A DNA stretch of 63,763 bases, counting the filler, from Reclinomonas americana ATCC 50394 (lineage: Eukaryota): the NCBI GenBank assembly GCA_048213135.1. It is 6 parts of 4 records of this genome, joined end to end, with 100 filler letters (N's around TTAATTAATTAA, not from the genome) between each part and the next. Parts side by side here need not be neighbours in the genome. Positions count along the whole stretch, not along the records: positions 59,901 to 63,763 come from PS015841.1; 5 more parts are not named here. The stretch is one strand, 5' to 3'. The position numbers and the translations under genes were made by a program. The first letter of the stretch is position 1; every line of letters starts with the position of its first letter. Below the pieces are notes generated by a model that made no database searches, was not told the origin of the DNA, and saw nothing but the letters and a program-made list of their open reading frames with translations. Below, one piece after another: positions 60,755-63,763 of this stretch.

Positions 60755-63606
60755 CCTCATTCGCGAGCGCTTCAACTTCCCGGTGCTGCCCGACCACGTC
60801 GACGAGAGCGCGGTGCTCGGCCGCGAGGCCTCCATCGGACTCTTCCTCGGCGTGTTTGACAGCGAAATCGAAAAGGTCAACAACTTCTTCTCCGACAAGT
60901 GGTCGCTGGCCGAGCAGCGATGGCAAGACCTGAAGGACGACGCGTCGGAGCTGCTGCGGCTGGACACCAGCAGCAAGTCATACCAATCGGCGGCGCGCAA
61001 GCTGGAGATCAACTTTCAAGAGCAGTACCAATTGTTGTATCATTTGCAGGTGAGTGGGACGAGAGAGAGGGCGAAGGGCAAGAAGCATCGGAGTCAGTAG
61101 ATTGTGAGCGTGTGAGTGAGTGGCATGCCGTCTTGATGTTCGGAGAGCAGCAGGTGATCTGTGCGAGTTATCGAGCGAAAGGCAATCAGCGATTCCGTTC
61201 AGAGACAGAGTAAGATTGTGTGAGCGTGTGCTGGTTCGAGAGCCATTGCAGTGCCACCTGCAGGTGATCTGAGGGCAGTTGGGTGGCCAGGTGGATGAGT
61301 GTCAGCCAGCGGTTTTCACAATGAGATCGAGTAAGGTGATTCTGCGACTGCGAGATGTCATCTTGCTATTCAGAGATCAACCTTTAGGGGCAGTACCAGT
61401 AGTTGTATCATTTGCAGGTCAGCTATGAAGCGAGAAGAGATTGGGCGAAAGGCAAGAAGCACCGAAGTTAGTAGATTGCAAGCGTGTGAGTAGTTGGCAT
61501 GTCGTCTTGCGGTTCCGTGAGCAGCAGGTGATTTGTGTGCGGATTAGTGAGCGAAAGGCAATCAAGTACTGCGTGCTGAGAGCGGGCATCTCACTCTTCT
61601 TTCCCTTTCCCTTTCCCTTTCCCTTTCCCTTTCCCTTTCCCTTTCCCTTTCCCTTTCCCTTTCCCTCCCCTCCACAGAACTACTGCATTCTCAACTACAC
61701 CGCCGGCTTCAAGATCCTCAAAAAGATGCGCAAGGCCTCGCGCTTCGAAACCACAGCCGAGCTGGCCCGCCTCAAGTCGGAGCCCTTTTATCGCGGCATT
61801 GACGACGCCGAGCAGATGCGTGAGGAGCTGGAGCAGCTGTACACGACCGCCTTCAAGGGCAACAAGCGCGCCGAGGCCATGAAGGAGCTGCGCACGCCGA
61901 CGGCGGAGCCGCCACAGGAGACCAATGCCTTTCACGCCGGCCTCTTCACCGGCGCCTTTGTCATCCAGCTCGTGGTCATTGTGTACGTGTTTGTCAACGA
62001 CACCTCCCTGCCGCTGCTCAATCGGGTAGATTTCGCGGCCGATTTTGCCATTTTCCGAGGCCTATCACTGTTGGTGGTGGCCGGGTGGATGTGGGCCGCC
62101 AATGTCACCGTGTGGCATCGGTGCAAGATCAACCACGTCTTCATTTTCGACTTTGACGTGCGCTCGCGCATGTCGCGGCAGGACATTCTTCTCGTCGCCG
62201 CCGCGTACTCCTTCTTCTTGTCGATCATGTTCCTGCTCTTCCTCACCACCATCACCAACACCGTGACGATCGCCGGCCTGCCGCACCAGGTGTACACGTA
62301 CGCAGCGCTGACCACCACGGTGGCGGTGCTGTTTGGTCCACTGCCGCTCTTCTTCCACAAGAGTCGGTCGTACATGTTGCGCTCGCTGGCGCGCATTGTG
62401 ATGGCACCGTTCTTTGTCGTCTTGTTCCAGGACCTCTTCCTGGGCGATCAGCTGACCAGCATGTCGCCGCTGTTTATCGATTTGGTGTCGGGCGTGGCGT
62501 CGTGGGCGTCGGGCGAGTCGGCGTTCAGTTCGCGCTTCCGCAAGTACACCGCCGTGACGTTTTACATGCTGCCGAATGTGTTTCGCTGTCTCCAGTGCTT
62601 CCGACGGTACCGCGATTCGGATCATCAGCGGGTGCATTTGTGGTGAGTGAAGGGGGAAGAAAGGGGAGGGGAGGAAGGGAGGACAAGGGAGAGGCTGTCT
62701 TGTCATGTCCTTTCTTGCGAACTCGTGCGCTCCGACATGTGCGCCATCTCTGACTTCGATTCCTTGCCCCTGCTGCGCAGGAACGCCGCCAAGTACTGCT
62801 CCTCCTTCCCGTCCATCATCCTCGCGGCGCTCCACTCGAACAACGTTGCCAAGTTGCGTTTCATGCCCCTTCATGGAATTCCTTGAGCCCCGAGAACACA
62901 CCGTCCCCCCCCCCCCTCCCCGCCTTTATCACCTTGTCCCCTTGCCTCACCACTCACCCTTTTCTGCAGGGAGATCACCTGGCCGGCCTGGCTGGTGTTC
63001 TCCGCACTCTCCGCCGTCTTCAAATTGTACTGGGACTTCATCAAGGACTGGAGCATCCTCAACTTTTCGCAGCGTCGCAACTTTGCGCTGCGCAAAGTGA
63101 TCAAGTACCCGGCGTGGACGTACTACGTGGCCATCCCATTCAACATCATTCTGCGCTTCACGTGGCTCATCCAGATGTTTGTGATGATCGAGAGCGACAT
63201 TTTCCAGCACGGTCTCGAGTTGCTGTTTGCGGTGCTGGAGGTGCTGCGTCGCTTCGTGTGGAACTTTTTCCGCCTGGAGAACGAGCACGTCAACAACTGC
63301 GATCAGTTTCGCGCCGTCAAGCTCACGCCGCTGCCGTACTTTGCGTCGGAGAAGGCGGCGGCGCTGTCGCCGGCCGCCGCCTCCACCGCACGCTACACCA
63401 TGGGCGTTGTCGCGCCGCCGTCGCCACCACCGCCACCGTCGCAAGTGCCGCCATCGCCGGGGGTGAATCTGCTGACGCCGTCGGCGGCCATGCAGTGGCG
63501 GCAGCCGTTTTCCGATTCCACTGCGTCGGCGCAGCTGCGGAGTGCGAGGGAGGTGGCCATGGAGATGGATTTGCCGTTTGTGTCGAGGTTTGCGGAGACG
63601 GAGTGA
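60755..63606 (+). CDS. XPR1: SPX-EXS phosphate exporter (XPR1/SYG1/PHO1 family), 5'-partial
   Basis: Exons 60755-61049, 61678-62642, 62781-62852 and 62970-63606. SPX: DSEIEKVNNFF, LNYTAGFKILKKMRK (lysine cluster). EXS: KINHVFIF, FLGDQLTS, RCLQCFRRYRD, NAAKY, YWDFIKDW, ILRFTW, EVLRRFVWNFFRLENEH. Confidence 0.93.
61601..61665. repeat. (TTCCCT)n hexamer forming the polypyrimidine tract of an XPR1 intron
   Basis: About 11 perfect units just before the acceptor at 61677. Confidence 0.9.
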
Positions 63607-63763
63607 AGGGAAAAGGAGGAGGAGGGAGGAAGACAAACAATCGCGACATGCTCTCTTGTGACACCTGCTCTACTTTTGCGTGCTTCCCGGATCTCGACCG
63701 GCTTCGCCTTGGCGCTGAAATAGACAATGCTCGCGCTTCTGATATCCGTGCCCCTTCATCTGA

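Noticed and set aside
61601..61665. (TTCCCT)n as an interstitial telomere
   Set aside because: The unit AGGGAA is not a TTAGGG-type repeat, and it sits as an intron polypyrimidine tract.

Overview
Draft-assembly window from an intron-dense eukaryote, probably a protist. It shows GT-AG introns, many micro-exons, GA/GT microsatellites, N-gaps and five artificial N44-TTAATTAATTAA-N44 contig spacers. Genes were reconstructed by hand from splice sites and reading phase. In order: a low-complexity hypothetical protein; a peroxisomal (AKL) 4CL-like acyl-CoA synthetase; a putative PD-(D/E)XK nuclease + atypical Ser/Thr kinase fusion resembling Crinkler/CR effectors; polyubiquitin; a BTB-BACK-TLDc protein; a tandem cluster of four paralogous secreted proteins; an ankyrin/coiled-coil protein; a PAF-acetylhydrolase-like hydrolase; a >15 kb beta-helix (GGA-repeat) multi-pass membrane protein; and an SPX-EXS (XPR1/SYG1) phosphate exporter. 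Several further hypothetical gene fragments are present. The most novel candidate is the 32.2-38.6 kb cluster: signal peptide + acidic pro-segment + basic PH-fold-like domain, with a shared upstream GATATC-GATAT-GCTCGCG motif. All domain calls come from motif recognition by eye; no searches were run.
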